From: Leucoraja ocellata
Lineage: Eukaryota
Reading direction: 5' to 3'
DNA: 64,000 bases
Assembly: GCA_036785375.1 (NCBI GenBank)
Contig: JAWMAR010000036.1
Coordinates: 4,278,001-4,342,000 of the forward strand
The notes under the pieces were generated by a model. That model was not told where the DNA came from. It was given only the letters and a program-made list of their open reading frames with translations, and did no database searches. Below, piece after piece: positions 26,753 through 40,326 of this stretch (within the stretch, counting starts at the first letter, position 1; every line of letters begins with the position of its first letter). A program made the position numbers and the translations under genes.

Positions 26753-27379
26753 AAATCTTTTCCAGTTTCTCTCATTCATCTTCTACTGTCGCATTGAGCA
26801 TCTCGCAGCTGCCTTCCATGCTATACTGTCTCACTTGTTCATCCTCCTTTCTGATCCCACGATTCCCCTCGGTAACTGTCTCCCAGAACTACGCCTCAGC
26901 GCCTCTCTGCTTTCTTCCTTCCACAATCTTCTCCCCATCCTCCTTGCCCCCTTAATTCTTTCTAGCCTCCAATGACTTTTTCTTCAGGTCCCCCCTCCCT
27001 GTCCTTTTCTTGGCCCACCCCGAACTTGCCTCCAACCTTTCCCAACCCTCCCCCCCCCCCCCCCCAGGTGTTGGCCAGTCGGGAGGGAGATGAAAAGTTT
27101 CTTCTATGTTGGCGTATGTTGGTGAATTTTTCAACCAAGAGGACGATGCCATCTCAGTCACTGGGTCTATTCAATAAAGACAATTCATCAAAGGGTGTGG
27201 GATTAGTGCAGGTCAGTGGTGCTGAAACAATGAATAATGGAATAGTAATGAGGAACTGAATGGCCCATTTCTGCCTTTTGAGCTTTTGATTTAATGTTGA
27301 TAAAATTGATACTCCTGAAATTTAACTGTTGGTCCCTCGCATATGAAAATAACATAATATTTAGCCAAACTTTTGGTTT

Positions 27380-27600
27380 TCATTTGTCTAGTTTGCCATT
27401 CAATTACCTATGCTACAGTCCCATTAAGCTGTTTTATCAAATGCCTTTTCAAAGCCTAAATCTATAATATTCACTAGATTACCTTCACCCAATAATTACT
27501 TCCTATAACAGCCTTGGGAAAAAATGTAGAATGCTTGTATGATTTGATCCAACATGTCTGAAACGGCAGAGACCTTCCATTAATCATATTATGCTCAACA
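27380..27600 (-). mobile_element. Ancient CR1 RT fragment
   Basis: Minus strand reads EGNLVNIIDLGFEKAFDK, a degenerate form of VDVIYLDFQKAFDK. Confidence 0.5.
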
Positions 27601-28957
27601 GAAGATCCTGATTGCATTCATCATAATTGCCCGGACGACTTTTTAAAATAATTTTAGGGAAAAATCTACCACTTTGTTATGTAATGTATCTTTTTACTGA
27701 CATTGTAAGCAATATATCTTTCTTTATTTGAGAATAGCATGATGACATATTCCTTAAAACAAATTGGTTTCCCGGGTCTACTCCCTGATCACAGATTTGA
27801 TTGTATTGTAAACCCAATAAATTGAATATAGTTGGTTTGTGGGTCAGGAATTGGAGGAAGGTGGAGAGATATGTTATTAGGGGGAAGTTATAAGTGTCAA
27901 ATATTTTCATATTCTTTGTACTTATCAAATTAGCCCTCACCTTAGATTCCTTTCTAATTGTCATTGACTACTCCAACATATACTCAGGGTGAAAACATTA
28001 GTTTTTTTTAACCAAAGACAAGTCAATTTTTGCAACATATAGAGTACTTTCATTCGCTAACAATGTTTGAAGTACACATCTGTGCTAAAAGCAAAGTAGC
28101 ATAAAACATCATCTTATTCTAACGTGTTCTCTGAGATGTTTGCTATGGACTGTTGGTCATTAATGGGTGATTAACTATATAGACTGCAGGACAAAAAGGG
28201 TGCAAGGTGACCTTAGATCACTGAAATGCTTACACAGCAGTGAAAAAAATGTCTTGTTTATAAGTGAAACCAGCTTTCTGGAAAGGAATGCAGTTCAAAG
28301 AATTAAAGGGCAAATCCTACATTTAATCAAATGGGATTTGAATTTACTAAATATATTAAAAGTATGTCAATTCAGGTACATCGCCCTCTTGAATTTAAAA
28401 AAGATTCTTTGTGTATTTCTGAAAATCACCAAAAATGTTGGCATTATCCTTATATCTAGTGTTCAATTCTCCCCCGAGCAGAAAGGAAAAAAATGACCGG
28501 CATTGATGTAACGCCATTTGCAACATCGATCACTAAACATTTACACCAGTGAAGGAACTTGAGATGTAGTCATTTTGTAATGAAAGCATGATACCACGTC
28601 GGCCACACTAAGCTTTCACAAGTGTGATCTGAGCTGCAAAAGTATGTTCCTCAAACCTGGAAATGCAAAATGTTCTGGCTTCTCTCTCAGTATTCCCCCA
28701 ATGCACTCCATTGGCTGAGTTTGAACGTGGAGAAATTCCATAACACTCACACCTGTCTATCACAATATAGGCACAGTGTTGAGTAATTTAGCCCTTTAAA
28801 ATTTTTGAATTAACAGTTCTCAACTGCTTTAATTATTTACTGAATGTTGTTTGTAGATCTTAAATAGTTTATCAGCTGGAAGAGTGGCTGTTAGATTTGT
28901 CAGCCATTTTGTGGTCAGGGTTGATTCGGCACTGAAGGACACAAAGTGTTAGAGTAA

Positions 28958-29587
28958 AGGGCCTGTCCCATTTGTCTGTAATTTGCGAGTCACTTAAGCG
29001 ACAGTCCGGTAGTGACTGTCACGTGAAAATCGTCTAGCAGTACGACAGTCGCGTGCTTTTTTTCTTGAGGACCCTGCTACTTTTGGGACCCATTGCGATG
29101 TCGTTCGTACTGTACTGTTATTTTAGTCCTATCTCTGTGGCAAGGATTTTCCCAGTGAAAAAATGTCAGAACTCGGCGCGCTTTATACACGGGTGAGCAT
29201 GTGGTGCGGCGCTCAAATGACGCGGAAATGGTGCGCCAACGGCGTACGCGGCGACGCATTGTTACGGACGTTGACGCACGTGACGCATAATAAATTAGCA
29301 TAGGCAATGTTTGTGCATCACCATGCGTAACCATGTGTCTCCCTGCACTACACGCACGCCATCAGTACGTCAGCGTATGCCATCAGTACGTCAGCAAGGA
29401 ATACGTCACGCAGGTGCTGCACGAGGATTTTGAACATTCCAAAAACCTGGGGCGATAGGGAAGTATCGCGCATTACCACGGGTCACAGCATGCGCCACCA
29501 CGCCTCACCGCGCACCATGATGCGCCAACCAATTTTTAGGATGTCGCGTAAATGACGCGCAAATGACGCCCAAGTGGGACAGGCCCT
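28958..29587. mobile_element. PIF/Harbinger-like MITE with TAA TSD, inserted in a Penelope-tail element
   Basis: TAA(28955-57) agggcctgtcccatttg ... caagtgggacaggccct TAA(29588-90). The flanks rejoin as gacacaaagtgttagagTAActcagcgggtcaggcagc. Confidence 0.9.
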
Positions 29588-29799
29588 TAACTCAGCGGGT
29601 CAGGCAGCAACTCTGGAGAACAGGGATAGGTTTCAGGTTGAGACCATTCTTCAGGCTGCACACTCATGCCCCAGTGCCCACCCTCATTAACATGACTGCA
29701 ATATATCACTCAAATATATTACCCGGGTGCTGCCACCACCTTTGAAATGTGTCGTTGTATTCTTAAATTAGGCAAGGGCCCTGGTTTATGTAACACTTA

Positions 29800-29905
29800 T
29801 GGCACTGCAGTATTCCCTCAACTCCGCAAGGGATTCAACCTCGATTTTTATGTTCAACTTATGAAGAGGGATTTGATTCTAGAGACACAAATGCTGAATC
29901 TCATT
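29800..29905 (-). mobile_element. Ancient Deu-domain SINE (SacSINE1/AmnSINE1-like) 5' fragment
   Basis: cactgcagtattccctcaactccgcaagggattcaacctcgatttttatgttcaac...gggatttga resembles the reverse-complemented DeuSINE head as I recall it; heavily diverged. Confidence 0.45.
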
Positions 29906-32900
29906 TAAATGCAACACATGTAAATATTGATGCTGGAGTTGATAATGGTGATATCTGAAAGTGGCAGTGTATCTAGAGCCAATTTACTTTTCATTATTAT
30001 CTTGAAACGTAAGAAAAATTATATAATGAACTGAAAGTAGGATGCCATTGAAAGCCCTCACACCAACAGCTTCAAAGTAAATGTAGCTTCGAAAAGTGAT
30101 AATTAATGGTTTGAAATCTTGGTTATTCAAGAAGAAAGTTGATTGATTTCTGTTAACTCAGAAAAAAAGGTTGATTATGATATTAGAAGTTTAATAGGAA
30201 TTGAGATTGGAGAAATAGGATAAGTATTATTTTGCTGAGATTTAAAATGTACAGTAGTTACAATTCAAAAGGGTGTGTCGAGTACAGTTCCATTATGATC
30301 AACAGATGTTTGATGTTCATTGTTTATTTGTGAGGTTCCACTCCAAATATTGAAGGGTTCCAGGCCTTCTCGAGCAAAAATCTACACAATGACAGCAGTA
30401 ACTGAGTATTTCCTATTTTGCCAGTATATGATAAGTCTATTGAAGTTCTATTTTGCATCTCCAGCTTTCAGTTGAAATTAAAAGAAAATAAATATTTGAG
30501 TCAAAAGAAATCAATGCCACAGTAGCAATATTAACTTGGGCCATATAATGGTTTGCAAACATTCAACTCTCCTGCGATTTCTTTTGAGAAAATTTCTTTT
30601 TTTTCCCTGGAATTCCAGCAATGAGTCTGATGAAGTGCTTCCACAGTTAAATTTTACATTACTAAGAAAACTATATTCAATGAAAATTTACTTGGCATTT
30701 GCCATGTGAGACGTATTTATAACAGGGTCAAAGAAAGGTGAGAACAAACATTAAAATATATTTAAACTAATACCAGAATGTCAGAAAAAGCTCCAGAAGT
30801 TCAATCTGAGATAATCGCAAGATCTGGAATTTACAATAACAAACTCTTAATAAATCTACCTGTCACCAGTCTTCCTCTGAGGGAGGAACAAAAGGTCACA
30901 TAAATGGCTACATTCCATCATAAAAAAAACTCAAAGTTAAAATGAGGTGCCTGGAGACTAAAATGAGAGCTTTAAGCAGCTGTAGTCCTTAAATTAGGTA
31001 AAAGTAATTTTAAAACTATTTGCTTTACCTTGCTAAATGAGTAGAGATAATGATCTCGGCTTCACAGAGGAAAAGTGATAAATTAAATGAATCAAGTTTT
31101 GTGAGTGGTTGAAATAAAATCCTCAACGTTTGCCCGTGTTTCCAAATGTATAGAGCAATGCAGGTAATGTATTCTTGATAGAAAAATAAGTTTACTCAGG
31201 TAATCATTTCTGTCCCCAATGCCCCATGGAGATACTACCATGGTGTATAACAATCCAAAAGGACAATGTGTTGTTGAAAATGGTTTCCTGTTTAGGTACC
31301 GAAAAATGATGGATGGATGCACCCATACCCAATGCATTTGTGATGGTTTAATAGGTGACAAAATGCCACCACAATGTGTGTGTGTATGTGGAAAATTAAA
31401 ATGCATGTGGTTTAATTATATATTTTAAGAAGGAGTAAGGGGAAAATGAATATCATTATCAGTGATAATATTGCTGCAGTTTGAACTGTTACTGAGACTG
31501 ATGACACATCAAGTTGTTTATGTTACTACAGGTTGTCACTTAATAATAATAATTGATTTTCATAAAGGAAAGCCAAATTTATTTAGTTGTTTTTAAAGTT
31601 TATTTTTGGTAAGCTAGCTGTTTACGTTAATACAATTTGAATTTATAAATGGCTTTTAATATAGGAAAACATGCCAACGATCATAAATCCACAATAGTGG
31701 ACAATCAACAAGGGAATGAGAGGTTAGGATGAGTAACTTGCCTTTGTTTTGTTTAAATTGTTAATAGTGTTAGTTGCAAGTTTCCTTTAAAGCTTTGTGG
31801 AAGTGATCAAATTGCAGTGCGCTGTTGTGCTTTAGATATTCAGGTCACTTAACTTCTACATTTTACTTCTTATTTAGTGCATCTTTAGTTTTTCTGAAGT
31901 TGGAAAGAGGAATCTCTTCTTTTGGGTAGGGATGAGTGTTTTTTTTACAAGATCTTGTTGATTATCTTTTTGGGGTTTAAGAAAGCTACTCTAAAAGCAT
32001 GGATATTTTAGTCCCAGATTACACTTAGCTACATTACGAACCCTAAAGGCAACCCTTCACTGTCACTTGGTCCTGGATGCTTTGCTCAGCAAACAGTAAT
32101 TAACTTTGACAGATAATTATTGTGGTTTTGATGACAAAAATCCTTTTCTTTAAAGCCTCTTACTTTTATGAGATATATTCCACAAAGCTTGGATGGACAT
32201 GAATTGAAGTTTTTATTCGGCTCCAAGTTTGATCCTTAGAGATGGGGGTTTGCGGGAGGGGAGGGGGAAAGAAAGTTAAATATCACAGCAATGATCTCAG
32301 GCAAACAGGAAAAGAAAGCCTTTGACTGTAGAGTGCATACAAAACTGAGAGCTGCCATTTGCTCCAAATGTGCCAGATCTTTGATAGGAAAGGTGCAATT
32401 GTTAATGTTCATAACGAACAGAGATTGTGCAAATTTGCAATAACTGCGTGAATAAGCTCTAATTCCACCTAATGGTCATAACTTGGAAAAGGCAGGGAAC
32501 CCTGTGTCAATTCAGGCAGCAGGCTTGGATGAACAGCTTTGCACAACCCTTAACTATTCACCCTCTCCCCCCCCCCCCCCCCCCCCCCTATTTCCCTCCC
32601 CACCATACAGCTCCCCTCCTCTCCCTGACTGATGAAAATCAGGAATATCATATTTCTGGAGCCTGAGGTTATTATGTTATTTGGGCAGGCTGAGGAACTG
32701 GCACAGTTCCAACTTACCTGCAGCTGTGTGCTGAGTCGCCTCAGTTAAGTTGCAACACTTTTTTATACCATAAAATAAGAACATCTGTTTTTTGGGGGGG
32801 AAAAAAAAGCTGAAAACAGAGCGACCTTTTAATAATGGGAACACTTGGCTCATTTTAACATTTGCTACTTTTTTTATTGTTTGAAAACAGAGTTCTGACT

Positions 32901-33829
32901 CTTGTATGTTGGGAAAGCATTGGGCTAAATGTGGGCATGGAGGAAGCGTTGTGATTGTTACCCACGGGACTGTTTCTTTTGGAAAAACAAATCCCATAGG
33001 CATTAAAACAATGACTATTTGAGAGAACAGAGCTATTTTTAGTCCCGTTTATTCTTGGAGTTGTGTGGTGTGTGCTAAATTAGGGGACGATAATCCATTT
33101 ATAGATTGGCGTTCTATGGGGAGATAAGGACGCTGGTATCGACTGTTTGCTATTCTCAAAACTTCTGTTTCCTCTTCACTCCAAAATTATCTGTTGAGGC
33201 TCAGTTGACTCATTAGTCTTGCAGTGTTTGTTCTTGCTGCTCGAATGACTACAGCGATCTATACTCCACAGGCATGCAGAGTGAAGCAAAATTTGTCCAG
33301 TCTGTCAGAGCAACTTTTGCCTTTTGCCTTGGGCGAAATAGTGGGTGAAGTTTGTCTTGAAAATCTGTTAAATGGGATGTAGCCAACCGCTGCCACTCAA
33401 TTCCTTTTTATTATATGCTGCAAAATGATTTGACTTAAATGTTTCCAACTGTGCTCCTGCACTTTTCCTTGTGACTTGGTCCCGCACAAAAGCAGCAATC
33501 AATATATGTTTGATTTGCTTGCATTCAATCTCAGTTTGAAAGATTGAATATGATTGTGAGTTATATGTAATGTCGGAGAATGAGGAACATCTGATATCAA
33601 GACCACCAACTCTTATGCCATATCCTACAAGACTTTGTGCATGAATTGAGGGGCATTAAAGCTGACCATTAATTCTGACATTGCTTTAATAAAAACAATA
33701 TTATTGGATTACATTATTTCAAGATTATTTCATCATCTGGTTTACTCATTCCTATCAGGATAGGAAATCTCCTGTCTTAACTCAATCTACCCTCCATCGA
33801 ACTCTGAATCGATCACAACATCAGAATCA

Positions 33830-34104
33830 GGGACGGCACAGTGGCGCAGCGGTAAAGTTGGTGCCTCACAGTTCGATCCTGTCCTTAGCTGCTGCCTGCG
33901 CAGAGTTTGCATGTTCTTTCTGTGACTGCATGGGTTTCCTCCGGTTTCCCCCCACATCCCAAAGACGTGCATGCTTGTAGGTTAATTGGCTTCTGTAAAT
34001 TGTCCCCAGTGTGAAGGATAGAACTAGTGCAAATAGATGATCTCGGGTCGGTGCGGACTTGGTGGGCCAAAGGGCCTGTTTTCACGCTGTATGTCTAAAC
34101 TAAA
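33830..34104 (+). mobile_element. HE1-type tRNA-derived V-SINE
   Basis: A-box-like ggcacagtggcgcagcggta, B-box-like gttcgatcc, V-domain-like gagtttgcatgttct...tgggtttcctccgg...ccacatcccaaagacgtg, CR1-like tail gggccaaagggcctgttt...(ctaaa)n. Confidence 0.85.
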
Positions 34105-34449
34105 TGGTTAATTCTCATCTGGCCTCACTAATAATCCAACAAACTATTTAGTTGGGGGCGGGGGGGTGGAGGTAATCAAGAAAATGGACAATAAATGCTT
34201 CAATTTCATATCCACTGGCTGAATAAATAAGAAAACAAAATCACCAACTTAATTTCAAATGTTCAAGCTTTTTGAAGCTTAAAACACTGCAAGGATTGCA
34301 CATGCCATTGGATTTTATTTTGCTGCTTGCAGCAGGAATTACATTCTTGTGTAAAATAAATAAATAAAACATACACTCGGATATAACAGCAGTTACAGGG
34401 CTAGCTTTTATTCATTATCATTGCACCATTATGTCTTTAGTACATTATG

Positions 34450-34583
34450 AGTCTGAGGAAGGGTCTCGACCTGAAACGTCACCCATCCCATCTCTCCAGA
34501 GATGCTGCCTGTCCCGCTGAGTTACTCCAGATTTTTGTGCATATCTTCGGTTTAAACCAGCATCTGCAGTTACTTCTTACACA
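34450..34583 (+). mobile_element. Penelope-tail-derived short element
   Basis: agtctgaggaagggtctcgacctgaaacgtcaccc...ccagcatctgcagttacttcttacac. Confidence 0.8.
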
Positions 34584-34599
34584 TATGTCCACCAGTGTT

Positions 34600-35520
34600 C
34601 TTTATCAAGTATTTTTCATGATTTGGCATGGAACATCTAACAGTTTCCGAGAATTTTTTAATCTCAATACCACAATGAATCATGAATTATAGCCCCTGAG
34701 CTGAGTCTCGAAGTACGGTCCTTTCCTTTCAGTGTCATCTTGATAATTGACCACAAATTCTCAATCGGGTTCAGGCCAGGTGAGTTACCAGGACAGGTCA
34801 TTACCTTTGATATGTGGCATGGTGCAAGGTCTTTGCTAGAATATCCAAGATCCATCTGGAAAAATCTTCACCATCTCTTCTCTGCAATACGTTGATATAT
34901 TGCAGAGATCCCATCATACCATTAACTGGGTGAAGTGAACCAATGCTGTAATAGCTGCAACAACCCCACAACATCACCTTTTCAGGATGTTTTACAAACT
35001 AGTCAATGTGGCATTTACTCAACGGTTCTCTGTCTTATCTCAAATCATGTTGGCTACATTGGCCCTGAACCAGGAAAAGGCTTTTGTCACTAAATAACAC
35101 CTTTCTCCAGTCATCGTGTGTCAAATCTTTACATTTTAATGCCCACTTCGCAGTTGCTTCTTCACAGGTCTTCTGGCTATAGGACCGACTTCAATGAGGT
35201 GTCAGCACATGATACTTGAGCTTATTGGACTCCTGCTGCCTTCAAATCTTTTCTCATTGTATCACTTGTCTTTCTCAGAACCTCCTTACTTTCCCGAATC
35301 AGTAACTTTCATCCCTCTGAGTCGTCTTGCTTTTGCGGCCGCACCTGCTCGTCCTCTTGGTCGACAATGAACCGGCTTCGGACCCTTACTTAACAACCCT
35401 GGACACACAAGCTTGGCTCATCCTTGCAAACTTTGCCATCTCTCGCTGTGACCGAGCAATGTTGATACAAGGTTATAATCTTTGCTTCCTTGGAGTGATA
35501 TCTATTTTATGAATTTCTCC
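34600..35520 (-). mobile_element. Tc1-family transposase remnant
   Basis: Minus strand gives KWALKCKDLTHDDWRKVLFSDKS (about 35080-35150), DLAPCH and CPGNSPGLNPIENLWSIIK (ORF 34664-34855). These match the Tc1 motifs FSDES, QDNAPxH and WPxxSPDLNPIENLW. Frameshifted; no TIRs found. Confidence 0.85.
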
Positions 35521-35599
35521 CGGGTTCTTCTCAAATTATGGTAAAACAGTGGGCGGATGATGGCAATACTGACACAATGTTGGTGTAATGTTGGTAGTT

Positions 35600-37600
35600 T
35601 TGGTAATTTTTGTCTGAAATTTGAGTAAAGAAAATTACAAAGAAATGGAGAAAGGGTTTGCCCAAGTGGAATGGGCAAATTGATTAGCAGGATAATAGAT
35701 AAGCAGTGATAGATATTTTAAGAACATTTGAGAATCATTAAAAAAAATCATAATGATGAAGAAAAGGTAGGCGGGGAGTGGATCAACCAATGTTAAGGAG
35801 GGTACGAAGCGGAGATCAAAATTAGTGGTAAGTCTGAATATTATGATAAATTCCAGGTGAACTAAAACAAATCAAGGGGAAAATAAACAGACAAACTAGC
35901 TGAGATTTTTTTTAATGACAATAAGAACCTGTTTAAGTGCAAGAAAAAGCAAGATGTCAGTAAACTTGGGTCACAGAGACTAAGGCTGGGGCAATAGTTC
36001 TGAACACAAGGAAATGGCAGAGAATTTATACAGATATTTTGCACCAGTCTTTAAGGTAGAAAACATTATGGACATGCCATTTATGCAAAGATTTATAGGG
36101 GGTAATTAAATATAACCGTTATTGATAGAGAATTAGTATGAGGGAAATTTAAAGGTTGGGGCTAAAGGTTGAAATGTTCTCTGGATCTGATGGTTTGTAT
36201 TGTAGGATTCTAAAAGAACTGGCCTTGGAGATGGTAGAGGTAATCGCTGTGATTTTCCAAAACTCATTACAATCTGGAGAGGAACCAAAGGATTGAAATG
36301 CCTCCAGTTAAATACCCTTACATCAAAAGTGTCTGCAAGCAACTTGGGCTTGTTGGCCGAATGCCTGATATTGCTAATAATTGATTAATAATTAATAAGA
36401 AAACCAGCTGAGCATTTAACAGTTGTAACCAGATCATGAGGAGACAGCGTTGATTCATGAAGGGAAAATCAGGTCTGACAAATTTGAGTGCCATGAGGGG
36501 ATATTGGCCGGACTTGAAAGATGCATCAGTAGTAAATGTAACATGTTTGGATTTTCAAAAGGAATTTGGCTAGGTTCCCAATCAAAAGGTTACATTGCTA
36601 CAGATGAACTCATGGTGTTTGGGGATAATGTATCAGCAGAAACAGAGGATTAGCTGAAGAGTAGAAAACGTGGATATAGGGGCCATTATCAGGATGAACA
36701 GCCTACTGCCCTTGTGCTGCTTCGGGTTCAGTACTGGGATCACACCACATATCTTGTAATGATTTAAAGGAAGCAAATGTATTATAGCCAAGCATGTGGC
36801 CAATCAATACCAAAATGAAGAGCTTGCAAACAGTGGACAAAGAGATTTGGCTAGATTACGTGAATGGGAAAATTAGAAGTTGTTCACTTTGGAATGAAGA
36901 ATAATAAAATAGATTATAATTTAAATGGAGAAGACTGCAGAAACCACCAGGATCTAAGGATTTGGGTATCCTTGAATGTGAAACAAAATGCTAGCAGGTA
37001 ATTGGGAATGCTTTTATTTCAAAGAGATTGGAGTACAAAAGTAGGACAGACTGACTACAACTACATGAGAGCACAGCTTGAGTGCAATGCAGAGTTTTTG
37101 GTCATCTTATTCATGTAAAGGTATCACTGTAGACATCTCAGAATGATCCACTCAGATTATCTTGGATATGGAAGGTTTATGTTTGGAGGGAAAGGTGAAC
37201 AAGTCGCATCTATAATTATTGAAGTTCAGAAGAATGAGGGGTCAACTTACTATATTAGATTTCTGGGATTAATTTAATAGGATAAACGGTGGGATGACAT
37301 TTCTTTCATGGAATTAGGGAGTGCCCATTGCAAACTGAGATGAGGAAGCATTTCTCCTCACACAATGTTGCATGGAACTTGCTTTAGCGGGGTTGTGTCT
37401 TTGAATAAATTCAAAGCTGTGATGAATCGATTCTTAATTGATAAGAGCATCCAGGGCTCTGAGGAAGTGGATGAGAGGGTGGATTTGAAAAAAGTTGAAT
37501 AGCTATGAAAAGTTGAGCAGCTATGAACTTATTGAATGGTGGAAGGAGCTAGAGGGGCCAAAAATGGCTTTCCTTTGTTCCTCTGTTTATGTTCTTATGG
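35600..37600 (+). mobile_element. Highly decayed CR1 LINE (ORF2 to 3' end)
   Basis: tctggatctgatggtttgtattgtaggattctaaaagaa (SPGPDG..RVLKE-like), ttggattttcaaaaggaattt (LDFQKAF-like), agaagaatgaggggtcaactta, tail attgaatggtggaagg...aggggccaaa. Confidence 0.7.
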
Positions 37601-38195
37601 AGGGGTTTCAAAATGTGACTTCTCAGCAACTTCATTGCTATAAAATGAATGGCCATTTCAATAATAATCACTGATTTTAACTGGCCTCTCCAGCATGGTT
37701 TGGAGCTTTGGCCTTCATTATGAATCTTTGACTGTGGACTGAGTCTCTACCAGTACCTTGCGATGGATGAAAATCTCCAGCTTTCTCCAATGGGTTTTCC
37801 ACCAACACAGAAACGTGGCATTTCAAGTCCAAATGTCAGTTTTTATGTTCTCAAAATTTAACAACTCTTTCAACATACAAACTCATTGGATAAGGTGCAA
37901 TCCAAAAAAGAATCAAAGTTGCAAAGCAAGTTTAAAGTCTTTAATGAAATAATGTGCGCATATATTGTCTTTACTACTTGTATCTCCGTTCCCCAATCTC
38001 AAACCTTTCAGCTGTTTTTTATGGCTTCAGATTAAAGAGAGTTACCAGTTTTTTCACAGCTTTTAGGCAAGGTCTTTTTTGCTTTATGTGGCACGAGATT
38101 TCGTCAGCACGCCATTCGCTTCCAACAAGCTCAGGAATTTCTTATTTTACACTCCTGTATCATGTTATTTTGGACACTCGGAAGATTGCCTTCTC

Positions 38196-38531
38196 TTTAG
38201 ACTTGAGATACAGTGTTGAAACAGGCCCTTCAGTGCATCAAGTCCACACCAACTAGCGATCACCCCGTAAGATAACACTAATGTGGATACTGCCTGAACT
38301 GCTGAGTTACTCCAGCAGTTTGTGTCTATCGTTTAGGATATTGTTTGTTTTAAAGAACAGAACCATTCATTTGATATGTGAGCAGAATGGTTTACAAGCT
38401 CACTCCACATGCTAACTCACGTGAAATAGTTAGTCAGGGTAACCAAACTCACTGCAGACCGTGATCGGGATCAAAGCCGGGACACTGGCATTGTGAGGCA
38501 GCAACTCTACCACTGCACCACTGTGTCGTCC
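38196..38531 (-). mobile_element. HE1-type SINE with internal Penelope-tail fragment (about 38281-38331)
   Basis: gagatacagtgttgaaacaggcccttc ... ctctaccactgcaccactgtgtcgtcc; insert ggatactgcctgaactgctgagttactccagcag. Confidence 0.7.
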
Positions 38532-39032
38532 TAGTTTAGAAGACTTAAGAAAGAATGAGGGATTAATTGAGCAGGGGAATATAGTTAACTTCATCAGGAA
38601 CATAAAACTTGACTATAAAAGCCTCAATAGATATGAGAAGACAAAATCATTGCCGAAGATGAATGTAGTCAGAAAAGAAAATTTATAATGGAGATCAAAG
38701 ACATGGGACCAATTACCCAAATTCTTTGGGTCAGTCTTCACAAAAAAGATCACAAATTATGTCCGAGAAATGTTAAATCAACCGAGGGTACAGTGAAAGG
38801 GAGGAACTGAGGAAAATGTGTATTAACGGGTGTGGTGCTTGAGAAATTGATGAGATTGAAGACAGATTGATGTACAGGGCCTGATAGTTGGCATCGCAGA
38901 GTATCTGAACAAGTGAGCTTGGAGAAAGCGGATTTTCCAACATTCTTTAGACTGTATTAGTTCTTATGCGTTGGAAGGGAGCAGGCGCATACCCAGTGCA
39001 GGATTATAGACTGATTGGTCTAATTTTGGGAG

Positions 39033-39167
39033 ATCATAAGGTCAAAAGGAATAGGAGTAGAATTAGGCTATTCGGCCCATCAAGTATACTCCACCATTCA
39101 ATCATGGCTGGTCTATCTCTCCCCATTCTCCTGCTTTCTCCCCATAACCTCTAACACCTGTACTAAT
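39033..39167 (-). mobile_element. CR1 3' end inserted in the older CR1
   Basis: ataggagtagaattaggctattcggcccatcaag...ccattcaatcatggctg...ctccccataacc. Confidence 0.75.
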
Positions 39168-40203
39168 AGCAGGTGGCAGATGCCAAATTAAAAGATGTGA
39201 TAACAGAGCACTTGGAAGTCAATGACAGAATCAGTCACAATTACTATTAGTCACAAATTGGAATATTTTGTGGATGTAGTGGAAAATGGATGGGGGAGAG
39301 CCAGTAGATTAAATATATTTGAACATCAACAAGGTATGATTTAAGAGATTTGTGATGTACAAAATTAAGGTTCATAGGATTAGGTTTAATGAGATTGTGA
39401 TATGTGCTGAGAGCAGGTGATAAAAACTTAAAAATAAGGGATTATTTTCCAGTTGGCTAGTGAGGTCCTGCCGGGATCAGTGCCTGGGCTCGCAATTTAT
39501 TAATAATATAACTGTGAGAATTAAATTAATATCTCCCAGTCTGTGGACAACATATAACTTAAGGGTGAGTAATTTGAGTAGTGAGGTAGATGCTGTGAGG
39601 CACCAGAGTGATTTTGGTAGATTGCTTTGATGGCCAAATGCATGGCAGATACCATGTAATGTGGGAAAATGTGGGATTATCCACTAAAGTGGCTAAAAAC
39701 AGGACAGTAGATTATTGCCTAAAGGTTGATGGATTGGCAAAGCAGGTCGCACGCAGTGAGCCCTTAGTTTGTTGTGCACAAGCTGATGAAAACAAGCATG
39801 CAGGTGGAATTGACAATCAAGAAAGCAAGTGGTATGTTGGCCTTACGAGCATAAAGAATTGAGTACAGGAGCAAGGTTGCTTTACTGGAAATGTACAGGA
39901 CCTTGGTAGAGCTACACCCTGAGTATTGAGCAAAGTTTTAGTCTCCTTATCTGAGGATAATTGTTGTTGTTATGGAGGGAGTGTGATAAAAGTTCACCCA
40001 GACCGATTCGAGAACTGGCAACACTGACTATTCTCTGACTAAAATAAATGAACAGGCTTGGGTAAATTATCTACAGTTTAGAAGAATGAGAGAGGTCCTC
40101 ATTGAAACCTATAAATTCCTAATGGAACTAGGCAGGCTAGATGCAGGAAAGATATTTCCACTGATTTTCAAAATGATGAACTTCATCCTCAGGATACAAG
40201 CTA

Positions 40204-40326
40204 CCATCAAGAGGTCCATCCTGTTTCAACTAATGTAATCAACCCGACGTGCACAAAGAAGATCAAATAGAACAAGTTGACCTACAACTTTAGGCTGTCC
40301 GTGCCATACGCAAGAAGAAGAAGGAA
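40204..40326 (+). mobile_element. Short retroposon with ccatacg-(AAG)n tail (possibly Vingi/Ingi-type) and TSD
   Basis: Flanked by gatacaagcta (40193-40203) and gatacaagata (40327-40337); ends gtgccatacgcaagaagaagaagg. Family assignment is tentative. Confidence 0.55.

Noticed and set aside
33830-33885. tRNA-like sequences at SINE heads (also 41714, 43462, 43843, 50318)
   Set aside because: A/B-box-like motifs run straight into SINE bodies; no complete cloverleaf.
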